From Octopus sinensis (lineage: Eukaryota), in contig NC_043002.1 in the NCBI RefSeq assembly GCF_006345805.1, positions 27,156,001 to 27,220,000 of the forward strand: a stretch of DNA of 64,000 nucleotides, written 5' to 3'. Positions 11,809 to 24,169 of this stretch are shown piece by piece. The notes beneath the pieces are model-generated. The model saw nothing but the letters and a program-made list of their open reading frames with translations. It did no database searches and was not told the origin of the DNA. Positions within the stretch are counted from its first letter, which is position 1, and each line of letters starts with the position of its first letter. Both the position numbers and the translations under genes were made by a program.

Positions 11809-13284
11809 TTGTGTCAAGGGGATGTAGCTAAATACCGACGTCTTAGACCCGATTCTCTACTTAATCTGTTCTGCTACTCCCTGCCACTTATGGTGCAGTG
11901 TTTTCAGCAATATTTATATAAGACTTACATATCAGGTTATATATCTATATGAGACTTACATATATTTACATATCAGGTTACATCATCCAACATCTCTCCG
12001 TATAAATAATATTTCAGAGATTAATGAAAATTTTCAACGCGTGACATGTTAATGAAATACGGACACTAAATAGTCAATAGCGATCTAAATCCTTCATGTC
12101 GGTATAAAAAATATACAGCAAGAATAAAAAAACGCATGAAACTTCATTGCCTAAGAGATTGCTTAAAATCCTTTTTTTTCTTCTTGTATTCATATATATT
12201 TAGAAGACACAACATATGAGCATCGTTATTCAAAACGAAGATGTTGAGAAAAACTCATATAAATATCAATCATAATAGAAATGTTATTTTCTACCTGAGA
12301 AAAATTAACAACAGTTTAAGTTTTCCAACATCTCTAACTATAGTTAATATTTCAGCGATTAATGAAACTTTTCAGGGCATGTCAAGAGAAAAAATATAAA
12401 AATTCTTAACTAAACTGTTAATAATTATCTAAATACTTGCTGTCGGTATAAGAAAACTAAATAATAAACAATTGTAAATACATGGTATGGACATTTTGTA
12501 CGCCCACACAGTCACCACATTACTATTTAGAAGAAGGAGAATAAGAGTTGCATGATTCGTTTCTCAAAATGTAAACGTTGAGAAATACGAAAATAAATAC
12601 CAACGATGTTATGATCTACTGGATGAAAATTAACAACAATCATCTCGTTTTCATTTAAAAAATGCATACATAAACTTTGCTTTAAGCACCAGGTGCTATC
12701 GCGCCGAGAATAATATAATGGATATTCTAAGGAAGTAATAAACATTCAAGCAAAAAGTTTTAGGAAGAAAGCATCGTGTCTCGAGCAAATCTGCAATTCA
12801 CAATTCAAGTGAGAGGTGTTGTGTGGGGGTCTTAGAAAATTATCGTAAAAATACATTCATTTCTTTGTGACTAACTACAGTTGGATTAATTTCCTCTGGG
12901 TGTAGATGAGAGATAGAGAGAAAAGAACATGTATTAATTTATTTATATTTCTTTACAGTTTCTTTGATTAATAACACATACAAAATAGGATAAATGCCGA
13001 ATGAAATGTATTCGAAGTAAAGAAAACATAAAATCAATCTACTGTCGAGCAACAATATATTTTGCAGAAAACCCCTTGAGATTTAAGCATGACGCTTCAA
13101 CTGCAAAATACAAAAGCGAAACTGTACTACAGCGCATAAAATATAAATTCTCTCAAAAATGAGAACAAAATCAATATAAATTTTGTATCCAATGTTCTAT
13201 GGTTTAGATATTTCTTTTCTGAGCACTGGTCCAAAGTAGCACCTCAATACATAGCAATATGTCAAATGCTTCGTATCATATATG

Positions 13285-13345
<61 letters not shown>

Positions 13346-13377
13346 TATATATGTATATATGCATATATGTATGTATG

Positions 13378-13465
<88 letters not shown>
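13285..13465. repeat. (TA)n microsatellite
   Basis: Direct reading. Confidence 0.95.
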
Positions 13466-13468
<3 letters not shown>

Positions 13469-13489
13469 AATTCATATAATGGAAAAAAA

Positions 13490-13690
13490 AAACGGAGGAC
13501 GTGCATAAGAAAAGTATTAGCTTGATACTCGGTGAATGGAGAGAGTATGACATTTCGAGCATAGCTCTTCGAAAGGAGAAGGGGAATGAAAATAAGTCGC
13601 CAATGGCACACATGTAGTTACATTGCTGAAGTGACCAGAAGTAGAAAGAGATAGAAAAAGTGGATTTTAGGACGGGAGAATGTGTGTGCG
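13490..13690 (-). mobile_element. PLE pLTR-like tail with broken HHR (related to the 52.6-kb copy)
   Basis: Minus strand CCTTTCGAAGAGC(tat)GCTCGAAATGTC at 13545-13576 keeps stem II and GAAA but the core is partly deleted; flanks resemble 52610-52790. Confidence 0.55.
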
Positions 13691-13897
13691 CAGACTTGTG
13701 CTTTTGTGAGTAGTATGTGTATGTATTATAGCATTTGTATGTGTGTTTTTTTGTGTTTGTGTGATTGGTATGTGGTATGTGTGTGATAGTATCTGTGTGG
13801 CGTGTATGGTTGTGTTTGTGTGTGTAGTATGTGTACATATATAATATATATATTATATATATAGAGAGAGAGATGGATAGATATATGCATGTATATT

Positions 13898-13946
<49 letters not shown>

Positions 13947-13968
13947 ATATATATATAATATATATATA

Positions 13969-14001
<33 letters not shown>

Positions 14002-14027
14002 AGTATATGTATACATATATATTTATA

Positions 14028-14454
14028 TAGGCGCAGGAGTGGCTGTGTGGTAAGTAGCTTGCTAACCAACCATATGGTTCAGGGTTCAGGGTTCAGTGCC
14101 ACTGCTTGGCATCTTGGGCAAGTGCCTTCTGCTATAGCCCTGGACCGACCAATGCCTTGTGAGTGGATTTGGTAGACGGAAACTGAAAGAAGCCTGTCGT
14201 ATACATGTATATATATATATATGTATGTGTGTTTGTTTGTGTGTCTGTGTTTGTCCCCCTAGCATTGCTTAACAACCGATGCTGGTGTGTTTATGTCCCC
14301 GTCACTTAGCGCTTCGGCAAAAGAGACCTATAGAATAAGTACTGGGCTTACAAAGAATAAGTCCCGGGGTCGATTTGCTCGACTAAAGGCGGTGCTCCAG
14401 CATGGCCGCAGTCAAAATGACTGAAACAAGTAAAAGAGTAAAAGAGTAAAAGAG
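14028..14454 (+). mobile_element. SINE family A, full length
   Basis: TAGGCGCAGGAGTGGCTGTGTGGTAAGTAGCTTGC head through the (AAAAGAGT)n tail. Confidence 0.92.
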
Positions 14455-14578
14455 GTATATGGCCTGCTCGCTTAGCCAGCGGGATGGTGTCATTCGAAGG
14501 CTAAAACAATGCGAACGCATTGTGACCAGCGATGTGTAACAACATCTGATGGTCTGTTCGGTCACGTGATCACGTGAT
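14455..14578 (+). mobile_element. SINE family C tail fragment
   Basis: CATTCGAAGGCTAAAACAATGCGAACGCATTGTGACCAGCGATGTGTAACAACAT matches the reverse complement of 36541-36600. Confidence 0.75.
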
Positions 14579-15916
14579 ATATATATATATAGGTATATAT
14601 ATATATGTGTGTGCATAGATAAATATATATATATATAGCATGCATATAAATGTGTGTAAAACACATATATATTCAATATATATTATTTTTAGAAAATCCA
14701 TACTCTTTCTCTTTTACTCCTTTTCATATATATTTCTAGATTAAATCAAATATTTGCATATCTAATTTCTAAGATATATTCGAGATACCTAATTTTCAGT
14801 AAACATTTTCTTATGTAAATGCTACTAGAAAACTAATTAATATTATTTAAACAAAATTCTACTGATACCACTCGACATATCTGTCTGGTGTTTTAAATAA
14901 GTTCTAGACCCAAATATGAATACACACACACGCGCGCGCATACATACACAGTTGTTCTAGTATAATACTTGAAAGAAGGAAAAAGAATGCTTAACGTTTC
15001 GGACGTTTGACATTCACCAGAAAAAGGAAAGAGGGAAAATCGGGGTGCTATACCTAACTACATACAAAAATACTTACTCATATGCATACATATAAATACA
15101 TACATGTATACATGCATAGATATTTGCAGTAGAGAGAGTGGAGTTTACTTATTCATATGATCAGCTGGAAGTAGCATCGAACTTTTCGATTGGTACCCTA
15201 ATCTTGTAAAATGTAAAATATGAGTAGAATATCATGCATATTTTGTTGATTAGACTAATAAGTTGGATATCAACGAGAACATCATCAACAATCACACTAA
15301 GACTATTACTCTAGTAAGCGTTTTGGGAATCGTAACGTTATATTGTGATTATCTTGTTAGCTCTTATGGCCTACAAGTAACTCTCACTTGCAACTGAAGA
15401 TATACTACAGAACTATGTGGAGTTATTGAATTCGCGGCTTCTATAATGAAATCCGTGCAAGTAAACAATTGTAAAACAAATGACAGACAATAACAAAAAG
15501 AAACAATTCCCTATAAATCGATAAATAATATTTGTTCGTCTTTTTAGTAACCGATGTGCTTATTCACTTGAAAAGAAGAACGCTATCTATGACTATTTTA
15601 AATATATATTTGTTAGTTTTTCTGCTGATATCAACAAACGATTGTCAAACGAAGAATGCGACACATGACTGATATCTCTCTCTCCCTTTCTCTTTCTCTC
15701 TCTCTCATGTTTACTGCATATGTATATATAATATATAATACATATATATATATTTTATAAATGTAAATATCATTTGTTGCTGTATTTGTAGGAATCTATT
15801 GAGAAAAAAAAATCAATATCTGAACAATAACTGTAGGTTGTATTGACAATGCGTGTTTATGCGCGTATGTTTGTATGTATGTGTATATAATAATAATGAT
15901 GATGATAATAATAATA

Positions 15917-15970
<54 letters not shown>

Positions 15971-16046
15971 TAATAATAATAATAATGATGATGATGATGT
16001 CAACTGGTATTTTACTGCTTAGTGCTCTCGATCTTACTTGCCCCCA

Positions 16047-16092
16047 GACACCTGATGAAGGCTGGAGGGTATATCAGCCGAAACGTTGTGTT
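16047..16092 (+). ncRNA. Minimal type I hammerhead ribozyme, canonical core
   Basis: GACAC-CTGATGA-A-GGCTG(gagggtatat)CAGCC-GAAAC-GTT-GTGTt; stem I ACAC/GTGT, palindromic ACGT stem III, predicted cleavage after GUU at 16087. Confidence 0.85.
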
Positions 16093-16228
16093 AACAAACA
16101 AGATGAGAACAAATATCCGTCAAATGGAAATAATGTAAATAATGCACATAATTCCTCATAACCATAAATATAGAACTTTATTGATTTTTGTAGGCGTTGC
16201 ATATCAATGCCTCAGTATATCCTTTCAG

Positions 16229-16910
16229 TGAGAGCGGAAAGCAATCTGTTTCAGTGGTCACAAAGGTTCTGTTTGCCACAAATTATAAACTTTGGTACTT
16301 GGATGCTAACTATCGTGGAAGAATCTCACACACAAGTATTAATCTGAATATCTTAGTTGTCTCCAGCAGAACATTTTTTTTTTAACCTGCCCTGTCCACA
16401 TGTCAATTCTAACTTCTTCATCGTATTTCTGGAACTTGGTTGAGAGTGCTCCCAAACCCCTGAAAATTTCTCCAATAACAGTTACCCTCCTCATTGCCCA
16501 TAATTCTTGTAATTTCTTCTTTTAGTGGTTGCTATTTTCCCATCTTTTGCAGCTCTTTGTCACCTATCCGTGCATCCCAGGGTATGGCAATATCTATGAT
16601 CTTGGTTTCACTTTTTCTTCTATCTGCCACGACAATCTCTGGTCGCCGAGGAATAAATTAGGGAACCACAGTCGATTTTAAAATTCCACAGGATCTTATT
16701 GTCATTGCTTCCTGTTTGTACTATTTCGGTACACTGCCCAGACAGTACTTTTCACATAGTCTCCAGTGAACAAACTTACCAACACTATCGTATCTCAATT
16801 TCTAGTGCTTTTGGGCCACGATATGTAAGATTGTTTTGGTTTTTGCTGCTACACATCCCACAAAGGGACGATTCACTGCACTTATCTATTTGGAATTTGA
16901 TGCTATTATA
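16229..16910 (-). mobile_element. RLE-type (R4/Dong-like) non-LTR retrotransposon 3' remnant
   Basis: Minus strand, with frameshifts: NSIKFQIDKCSESSLCGMC..TILHI..YDSVGKFVHWRLCEKY (CCHC knuckle) and RRPEIVVADRRKSETKIIDIAIPWDARIGDKELQK..NVLLETTKIFRLIL (PD..D restriction-like endonuclease). Confidence 0.82.
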
Positions 16911-17200
16911 TAAATTACGTTATTTACATTTGACGGATATATGTCCTCATCTTGTTTGTTGTTAAAAACTTTTCGACTGATATACCCTCCATGCTTCATC
17001 AGGTGTCTTGAGGAAATTTCGAACCAGGGTTCTCATTCTTAAGGTATTTGCCGATGTTGTTGTTGTTGTAGTAGTTATTATTATTATTATTATTATTATA
17101 TTATATTATTATTATTATTATTATTATTATTCTGGTCACTGCCTGGAATCGAACTCGGAATCTTGGGGTTAATAGCCCGCGCCCTTAACCATTACGCCAT
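16911..17200 (-). mobile_element. tRNA-head/(AAT)n/HHR element, left arm of fold-back
   Basis: Minus strand ATGGCGTAATGGTTAAGGGCGCGGGCTATTAACCCCAAGATTCCGAGTTCGATTCCAGGC-(AAT)n-GAATGAGAACCCTGGTTCGAAATT-GACACCTGATGAAGCATGGAGGGTATATCAGTCGAAAAG (degenerate HHR). Confidence 0.88.
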
Positions 17201-17266
17201 ATGGCGCAGTGGTTAAGCGCGCGGGCTACTAACCCCAAGATTCCGAGTTCGATTCCAGGCAGATAC

Positions 17267-17315
<49 letters not shown>

Positions 17316-17554
17316 GCAACAACATCGAAAAATACTTCTGGAATGAGAACCCTGGTTCGAAATTTTCCCCCAGACACCTGATGAAGGGTGGAGGGTATAT
17401 CAGCCGAAACGTTGTGTTAACAAACAAGATGAGAACAAATATCCGTCAAATGGAAATAATGTAAATAATGCACATAATTCCTCATAACCATAAATATAGA
17501 ACTTTATTGATTTTTGTAGGCGTTGCATATCAATGCCTCAGTATATCCTTTCAG
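17201..17554 (+). mobile_element. tRNA-head/(AAT)n/HHR element, right arm of fold-back
   Basis: A box TGGCGCAGTGG, D stem GCGC/GCGC, CTACTAA loop, B box GAGTTCGATTCC; then (AAT)n, spacer and HHR tail. The head aligns by eye to tRNA-Asn but has no acceptor stem. Confidence 0.88.
17373..17418 (+). ncRNA. Minimal type I hammerhead ribozyme (one stem II mismatch)
   Basis: GACAC-CTGATGA-A-GGgTG(..)CAGCC-GAAAC-GTT-GTGTt; identical to the 16047 copy except C>G in stem II. Confidence 0.8.
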
Positions 17555-17735
17555 ATCACTATTTCTTAGCCAACTTCAAATGTTGCTCTTGTCTTTTCTT
17601 CGATTTCTCTGGGGTATTCATTTTCCAATTGTTTATTCTATGACAATTATTGGTACAACTCCTACCTTTTTCATCGACCACAACTGCTTAACTTCCCAAG
17701 CAAACCTGTCATATCTCTCGACTGTTCTTCCTTCC
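17555..17735 (-). mobile_element. Second RLE-type LINE remnant (different subfamily)
   Basis: KEGRTVERYDRFAWEVKQLWSMKKVGVVPIIVI resembles the EK..KY..L..E...LW....V.V.PIV.G segment of RLE endonucleases. Confidence 0.7.
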
Positions 17736-17776
17736 TTATACACACATACATGTATGCATACATACATACATACATG

Positions 17777-17879
<103 letters not shown>

Positions 17880-20467
17880 GTATATGCACACATTACACTC
17901 CAACATACTCATATATATATACACATATATACACTGATGCAAATTTATACAGTGTAAAATATTTGTTTAAAATTATCTCTCTGCTTTGTAACTTCATAAC
18001 TTACATAATCGAAATCAGTTCAGCAGTATATTCTAAAGTCAGTTACTTCGGCAAGAACCTGCAATTAATTTGCTTTGCCGCTTATGTGGTTGACAGTCAC
18101 TCTTCAGGATACTGCTTCTCTAATAAATGAAATATGTTCCCTGAATTCATTTCTTGTTTGTCAGTGCATGACTTGTATTTAGTGATTAAAGCCATCATCT
18201 GAAACACCTAATCTATGAGATGTCAGATAATTATAAAGTAGTACGATGCCCTATTACTTTTTGTAGGTCTGTCGAAAACGTGTAAGATTCCTTTTTAGCT
18301 CTATATACAACTTAGTCATCGATCTGCCAAGAACCTGCATTAGTATTAGGCCGGATCGTATTCCAGCTTCCGTATTGTGTAAGCGATCGAGACTACATTA
18401 GGTCCACCTAAAGGGGACACCAATCCCTGACTAACCGGCCGCTGCTACTCTGTTCAGAAACGTGAAACGTTCTGGTTCAAAAGCTTAATGCCCTGACTGA
18501 TCTGTGAATTGAACCAACGATGTTGAGTCCCACAACCTAACCACTAAGCAAGGCAAACCTCAGACCTCATACGTCTGGTAAGCTGTATATATATATATAT
18601 AGAATAATACACAAACACACACTCTCTCTCTCTCACACATACATACAGACACACACGCACACACATGCATACACTATTTTATATATAGTAATAGTTCAGT
18701 CGCGAATAAACCGAATTTTAATCAGACGCCGTCTAGTTATGTCCTTCGCACTTTTCATTCAAACATAGTGTTTTTTGAACACAAATTTCTATTGTACCCT
18801 TCGGCAATTTTGTTTAGAATTAAGTGCGCTCCTGTCAAGTAAAATTAAGTTTATAAGTATTCTAGTCATGGCTATCTCGTTTTGTGTTCAAGCATAGTAT
18901 ATCTAGAAATACATTGTCCACTCTATCTTCACCTTGTGTCTAGCCACTGAAAGTCTTGAATAGACATGATGAAAAGTGTATCGGCCGTGAAATATCTATC
19001 ATTCGTACATATGCCTGCGGACAGTTCATCTCCCCATGTGGTTGTATAGCCACGAATCATAACCGATGAAGCAGATTAATTATAACTGGTATTCTAGATT
19101 TCAGTATCATATTTGTTCATGCACCTACTTTATCCAGTTAATTTTTTATCCTCAAATTGACGCTGGTCTAGTAGACATATGCCCGGAAATATTTTTCAGT
19201 TGATATGGAGTAAACAAAAAGCTACAGGATTTGTAAATGGTCTCTCTACATACATTGTATTAATTACTAACGTGTTACAATAATTTTAGACTATGAAAAT
19301 ATATAATACGAAGTCTGGATTATAGAAATCAAAAGATTAAAGGGAATACGAACTGATGTCGTTACTGGATTTGAAATGCAATACAATTAAGTTGATGAGT
19401 ATACTGAAATGACATATTTTCCTGCCCAAATTCAGACGTTAGTTAGTATCTTTAAGAGGAGAAATCAAAATAGTGAAATGTCTGAAAATTGGTCATGCCG
19501 ACTTTTTAGGAAAGTGGAGTTAATGAATCAAGCACACAATAGAGAATGAATATTCTATGCACAGAAAAGTGGAGAGAATTACGTAATTGAATTTCTGAAC
19601 GTAGTAACCAACAAAAATTGAATTATGTACCATGAAGAAGAATGCTCTATCAAAGAATTCAGTTAAATTGATGCACTGGCCATATTCTTCGTTAAACAGA
19701 TTGCAACAGAGAATACAAATTAGATTGATAGTCTACACTGTCTTGTTTTGCTCTTTTTGTATGAAAAGATGGTTTTTATTGCATGGTATTTCTCATATGA
19801 CATGTATTGTTTACAATGATACCTTGCTTGGACTCTTTGAACTTTTGTCTCATTCGAATTCCATACATTTAGTTCATGCCTAGAAACAACAAGACAGAAC
19901 ATGAGAATGGAAAAAGATTGCATGGACATTGTTCTTCAGCTCAGTTACAATATGAACATTTTTCTCAATGATTCGACCGGCTCTGAGTGATCAAAGAAAA
20001 TATATTTTAACCATAATGGATGCATCATGGACCCGCTGATGCATATGGCACAACGTTTATCGTACGTTACCTTATCGTGCTTCACCTTGTCGTACGTTAC
20101 CTTCTTTCGAAGCTTTATGTAATAAAAACAAAACGTCTTACCATTGCCAAACAGATGGAGAAAGCATTTTTGTAAACTTATCGTGTTCTTGGAAACAAGA
20201 ATATGTAAACAGTACCAAGTTATCTACCAGGTAAAAAACAAATGTAAAAAGGATAGAACTTATCGAAGACTGCTGACCACTATCCCCATTATATATGTCA
20301 TACATTGCATGCATGTGTTCGATTCAGATTTACAAACTAAACAATTTCAAGTACTATAAGAAAGCTTTTACGTCACGATTGAAACAAGAACACTCTAAAA
20401 AAGAGTACAGCGAAAACAAAATTCTTCTGCCAATCACAGTACAAAAAATCGCAATGCTATCCTATTG

Positions 20468-20684
20468 TATTTCTTTATTGCCTACAAGAGGCTAAACATA
20501 GAGGGGACAAGCAAAGGTATGAAGTCGATTACATCGACCCCAGTTCGTAACTGGTACTTAATTTATCAACCCCGAAAGGATGAAAGGCAAACTCGACCTA
20601 GGCGGAGTTTGAACTCACAACGTAACGGCAGACGAAATACCGCTAAGCCTTTCGGCCGGCGTGCTAATGTTTCTGCAAGCTCGC
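20468..20684 (-). mobile_element. SINE family B
   Basis: CCCCGAAAGGATGAAAGGCAAACTCGACCT..TTTGAACTCACAACGTAACGGCAGACGAAATACCGCTAAGC..GCTAATGTTTCTGCAAGCTCGC. Confidence 0.9.
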
Positions 20685-22130
20685 AACTTTTGGTGTCATA
20701 TTGGCCCTTCGAAGTCTTTTGAGTCTTAATAATAAGTGAAATAAAAATTTCAATTAACAATGCGTGAAATAACAGCAGCTATTGAATATATGTCCTCTCT
20801 CTGACACGTACTCACGCTATCTGCCTGATGTAACATTTTTACTGTCATTCATATTCGCACTATGTTGTAACATACAAGCGATATCACTGTTGATACTGAA
20901 GTGGGCAACACTGAATGTTTCATTTACTCTCCAAATAAAACTCAAGTCTTCTCGCGCGCAGTCTGCTGGTAGATACAAAACTAAAAGCTAATGACAGATA
21001 CTAAAAAAGAAATTAAGGAAATGAAGTCAAATGATGAGATGAGCCCTGGTACATATATGAAATCGTTATTTCTTAAATTTTTATATTGTCGCCTTTACTA
21101 GAGTATTTGAAACTGCTGATAAAATTCCGCTGGCAATAATTGGCTATATTGGAAATTCTTATTTTAGTGTAAAGAGCGTGTCAGTTGCAGAAATTTACAG
21201 AGCCCCATTAAGTGAATTTATTCACATGAAATCTATGATACGCATTTGCAGCATTGAGAATGTACGACATAAGCCCATGGATATATTTAACAAAATATAT
21301 AACATGTTAAAAAAACATCATTTTCTCTAGATATCTGCAATAGCTGACTTTGCAGAAAAATTCATTCCATAAACTTAAGCTGATAAAAAAATATCCCAGA
21401 ACAAATTATTTACCGAGTCGTCTGATGGCTTTAGCTCGACTCGGCATCGAAATATTGATTTCAAGCACAGGGAAAATTTTGCAAGGAAGGAAACATTTAA
21501 ACGATGTCTGAAAATGTAAAAACTAAGTTAGACATACAATGGTATGTATTAATGAATGAATATTTAAAATTATATCATTTCTCGTTAATTAACTGGTGGT
21601 GTGACGTAATTGCCAGCCATTAAGATACCACTTTAGAATTAACAAAGAATACACGTGCAGTGGAGTCTCCTGGAGATGTGGAGCCATCTTCAAGGATTGA
21701 CGGCTAGTGAAGTTTTAATTATGTGCTGGGTTGTGTCTATCTAGAAATCACAGGATGTGCTGGCTACAACTCTTAAGAAAACATCTTGTTCTCATTCAAT
21801 ATATAGTTGACTCGTTGGATATAGCATAGCATGGTATTGATATTTATGAAAGTACTGCTTCAATTTTCTGGTAGTAGTATGTTGAATGTGGTTTCCGTTA
21901 TTAAAATTATATAACTATAAATCCTAGTAGATTTAATGATATAGTCTTTGCGTTTGATGTATTCGTGTGGCTAATTGAAGTTTGTAGTTTGCTTTTACGA
22001 AAGCCTCTATAGTTATTTTACAAATGATTTATGGCATTATACACAGGAATACATACATGCGCGCCTACGCACATACACACATATACACAAAGGGGGGATA
22101 TATACACATATGTATGCGCATAGACACATA

Positions 22131-22203
<73 letters not shown>

Positions 22204-22649
22204 TATATATATCATACATATCAATACTTACACATATATAGATAAAAACTATTTGAAGATAGCTTTTATTTGAAACACTGAAATCAAGTAGCATTCATTT
22301 TGAAAGTAACTGAAAGCATGAGTAATGTTAGAATATTCTACTTCAGGAAAATTAGGCCAATAAGTTTCTAGCAATATGTTAAGTAAGATTCTAAAAAAAA
22401 ATCTTGTAGAATGCTATACAAAGTTAGTCCACAGTTTTTCACTACCTGATATCATCATGCTTCTCCAAATGGATATACATAAGAAATATCTTAATATCTG
22501 TAGAGTTTATATAAATTGATAAATGAGAGGAAATGGAATGAACGACATACTTTATTTAAAAACCACTGCAATTGTTTCGCCATCACAACTTTCTCTATCA
22601 TTGTCACTGAGACGGTCACACGCTACACACCCTCCTTTCAAGCAACTGT

Positions 22650-22975
22650 GCGTAGGCCTCTGAACAAGTATCATGTTCAGAGACCTACGCAAAGTTGCAG
22701 AAAATGTATGGAGAGAAGTCTATGAGCCGTACACAAGTGTACGAGTGGTTCAGACGTTTCCAAGATGGCCGACGAAATGTCGATATTGACGAACGTTGTG
22801 GGAGACCTGCAACCAGCAAAACTGAGAAAAGTATTGCAGATATGCGTGCAGATGTGATGGGTAATCGTCGAATCACCACCCGTGAGTTATCAGAGGATGT
22901 GCAAATTAGTTACGGTTCAGTTCAGTCCATTATCACTGACGATTTTGGTATAAGATGCGTGTCCATACATTGGGG
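22650..22975 (+). mobile_element. Mariner transposase N-terminal (HTH) fragment
   Basis: MQKMYGEKSMSRTQVYEWFRRFQDGR..DDERCGRP-like..RRITTRELSEDVQISYGSVQSII (ORF 22695-23000). Confidence 0.85.
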
Positions 22976-23082
22976 TTTCAGTTGCACAGAATCTCCTTGA
23001 TTGCGTCAAGAATGATGAACACGTTTTAAAATTTACTTAGGCTTCTGAGCACGTCTCGCCAAACCTTTGGCACAATTTAATA

Positions 23083-23648
23083 TATTGGTTTGTCCAGAAA
23101 GTTCGTACCGATTTATAGTAGCTTACCTTTCGACATATTTTAGAACATGTTTCATTCCATAAAATAGGATTTGACTACACCTCTATTTAGAGCACAGTTT
23201 AAGCTATATATTCGTGGAAGGTTTATGTTCCTATAACTTGTGTTAATTCTGTAACCCTTTAAAATGGAAGATAAGAAAGTTCATTTTTGGCACTCGATGC
23301 TTTGGGAACCAGACAAAAATTGCTGCATCTCGGCTGGGATGTGTTACCCGACCCTCCATATTCACCAGATATTGCTCCTTAGGATTTCCGCTTATTGAGG
23401 TCTCTGCAGAATAGTCTTACTGGTAAAAACTTCAATTCATTGCTTGACGTTAAAAGATATCTTGATGGACTATTTGCCATAAAACCACCTCAATTCTGGG
23501 AAGGGGGTATTTTCAAATTAAAGGAAAGATGGAGACGCATTATGCAACAACATGGTTCATATTTAGTTGATTAAAAATGTAATGGCAAGTATTTATTACC
23601 TTTTTCTTTCCTTTAAAAATCGGCATGAATTTGCCGGACAACCCAAAA
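23083..23648 (+). mobile_element. Internally deleted mariner with both TIRs
   Basis: TIRs TATTGGTTTGTCCAGAAAGTTCGTACCGATTT / AAATCGGCATGAATTTGCCGGACAACCCAAAA; inside, MEDKKVHF.. is fused to WDVLPDPPYSPDIAP*DF..ERWRRIMQQHGSYLVD*. Confidence 0.9.
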
Positions 23649-24169
23649 GATTCTCTGCTCAAAGTTCTCTCTGTCATGGTTAGTGTCGCGATCACACGCT
23701 ACACACCTTCCTTCCAACTCAAATAAGCAGAAGTGAGATAAAACACTAGTTAACAGAGCAGCTTCACTCTGCGTGCATTAGAGGCTAGTTACTATAGAAA
23801 TAGTCCCAATACTTATTGATCAAACCACGTATATATATATATATATATATATACATACACACACACTGGACGAGGTTACTACATTTTAGCCCTAGGAAAA
23901 CATCTTTTCCAACAGGCTACCGACACATGGTCTGTAGTAACATCGACCTTTCTAGTACTGCCACATTGTAAAAGAGATTTTACCTGTTCGGTACTGTTAA
24001 TACGCATTTCTCTCTCAGAGAATATTTTTGTCATGAGCAAGGACGAGTGATTGTCCGGTGATTCTCCTGTACCGCAGAAGGGATATAACCCAGAAACCAT
24101 TGGTCTACAGGTATAGAAAGGGAGAAATAAACTACTTTGCTTGTAATATACGGACACAGACCATAGTTT

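Noticed and set aside
12527-12745. Possible very old mariner C-terminal relic
   Set aside because: Only a faint YSPDLAP-like trace; not defensible by eye.
17136-17263. Possible pair of genuine tRNA genes
   Set aside because: No acceptor stem, altered anticodon loop (ACT/ATT) and fusion to (AAT)n; treated as SINE heads.
19340-20450. Stop-riddled protein-like frames, possibly a DNA-transposon fossil
   Set aside because: No diagnostic motif identified.
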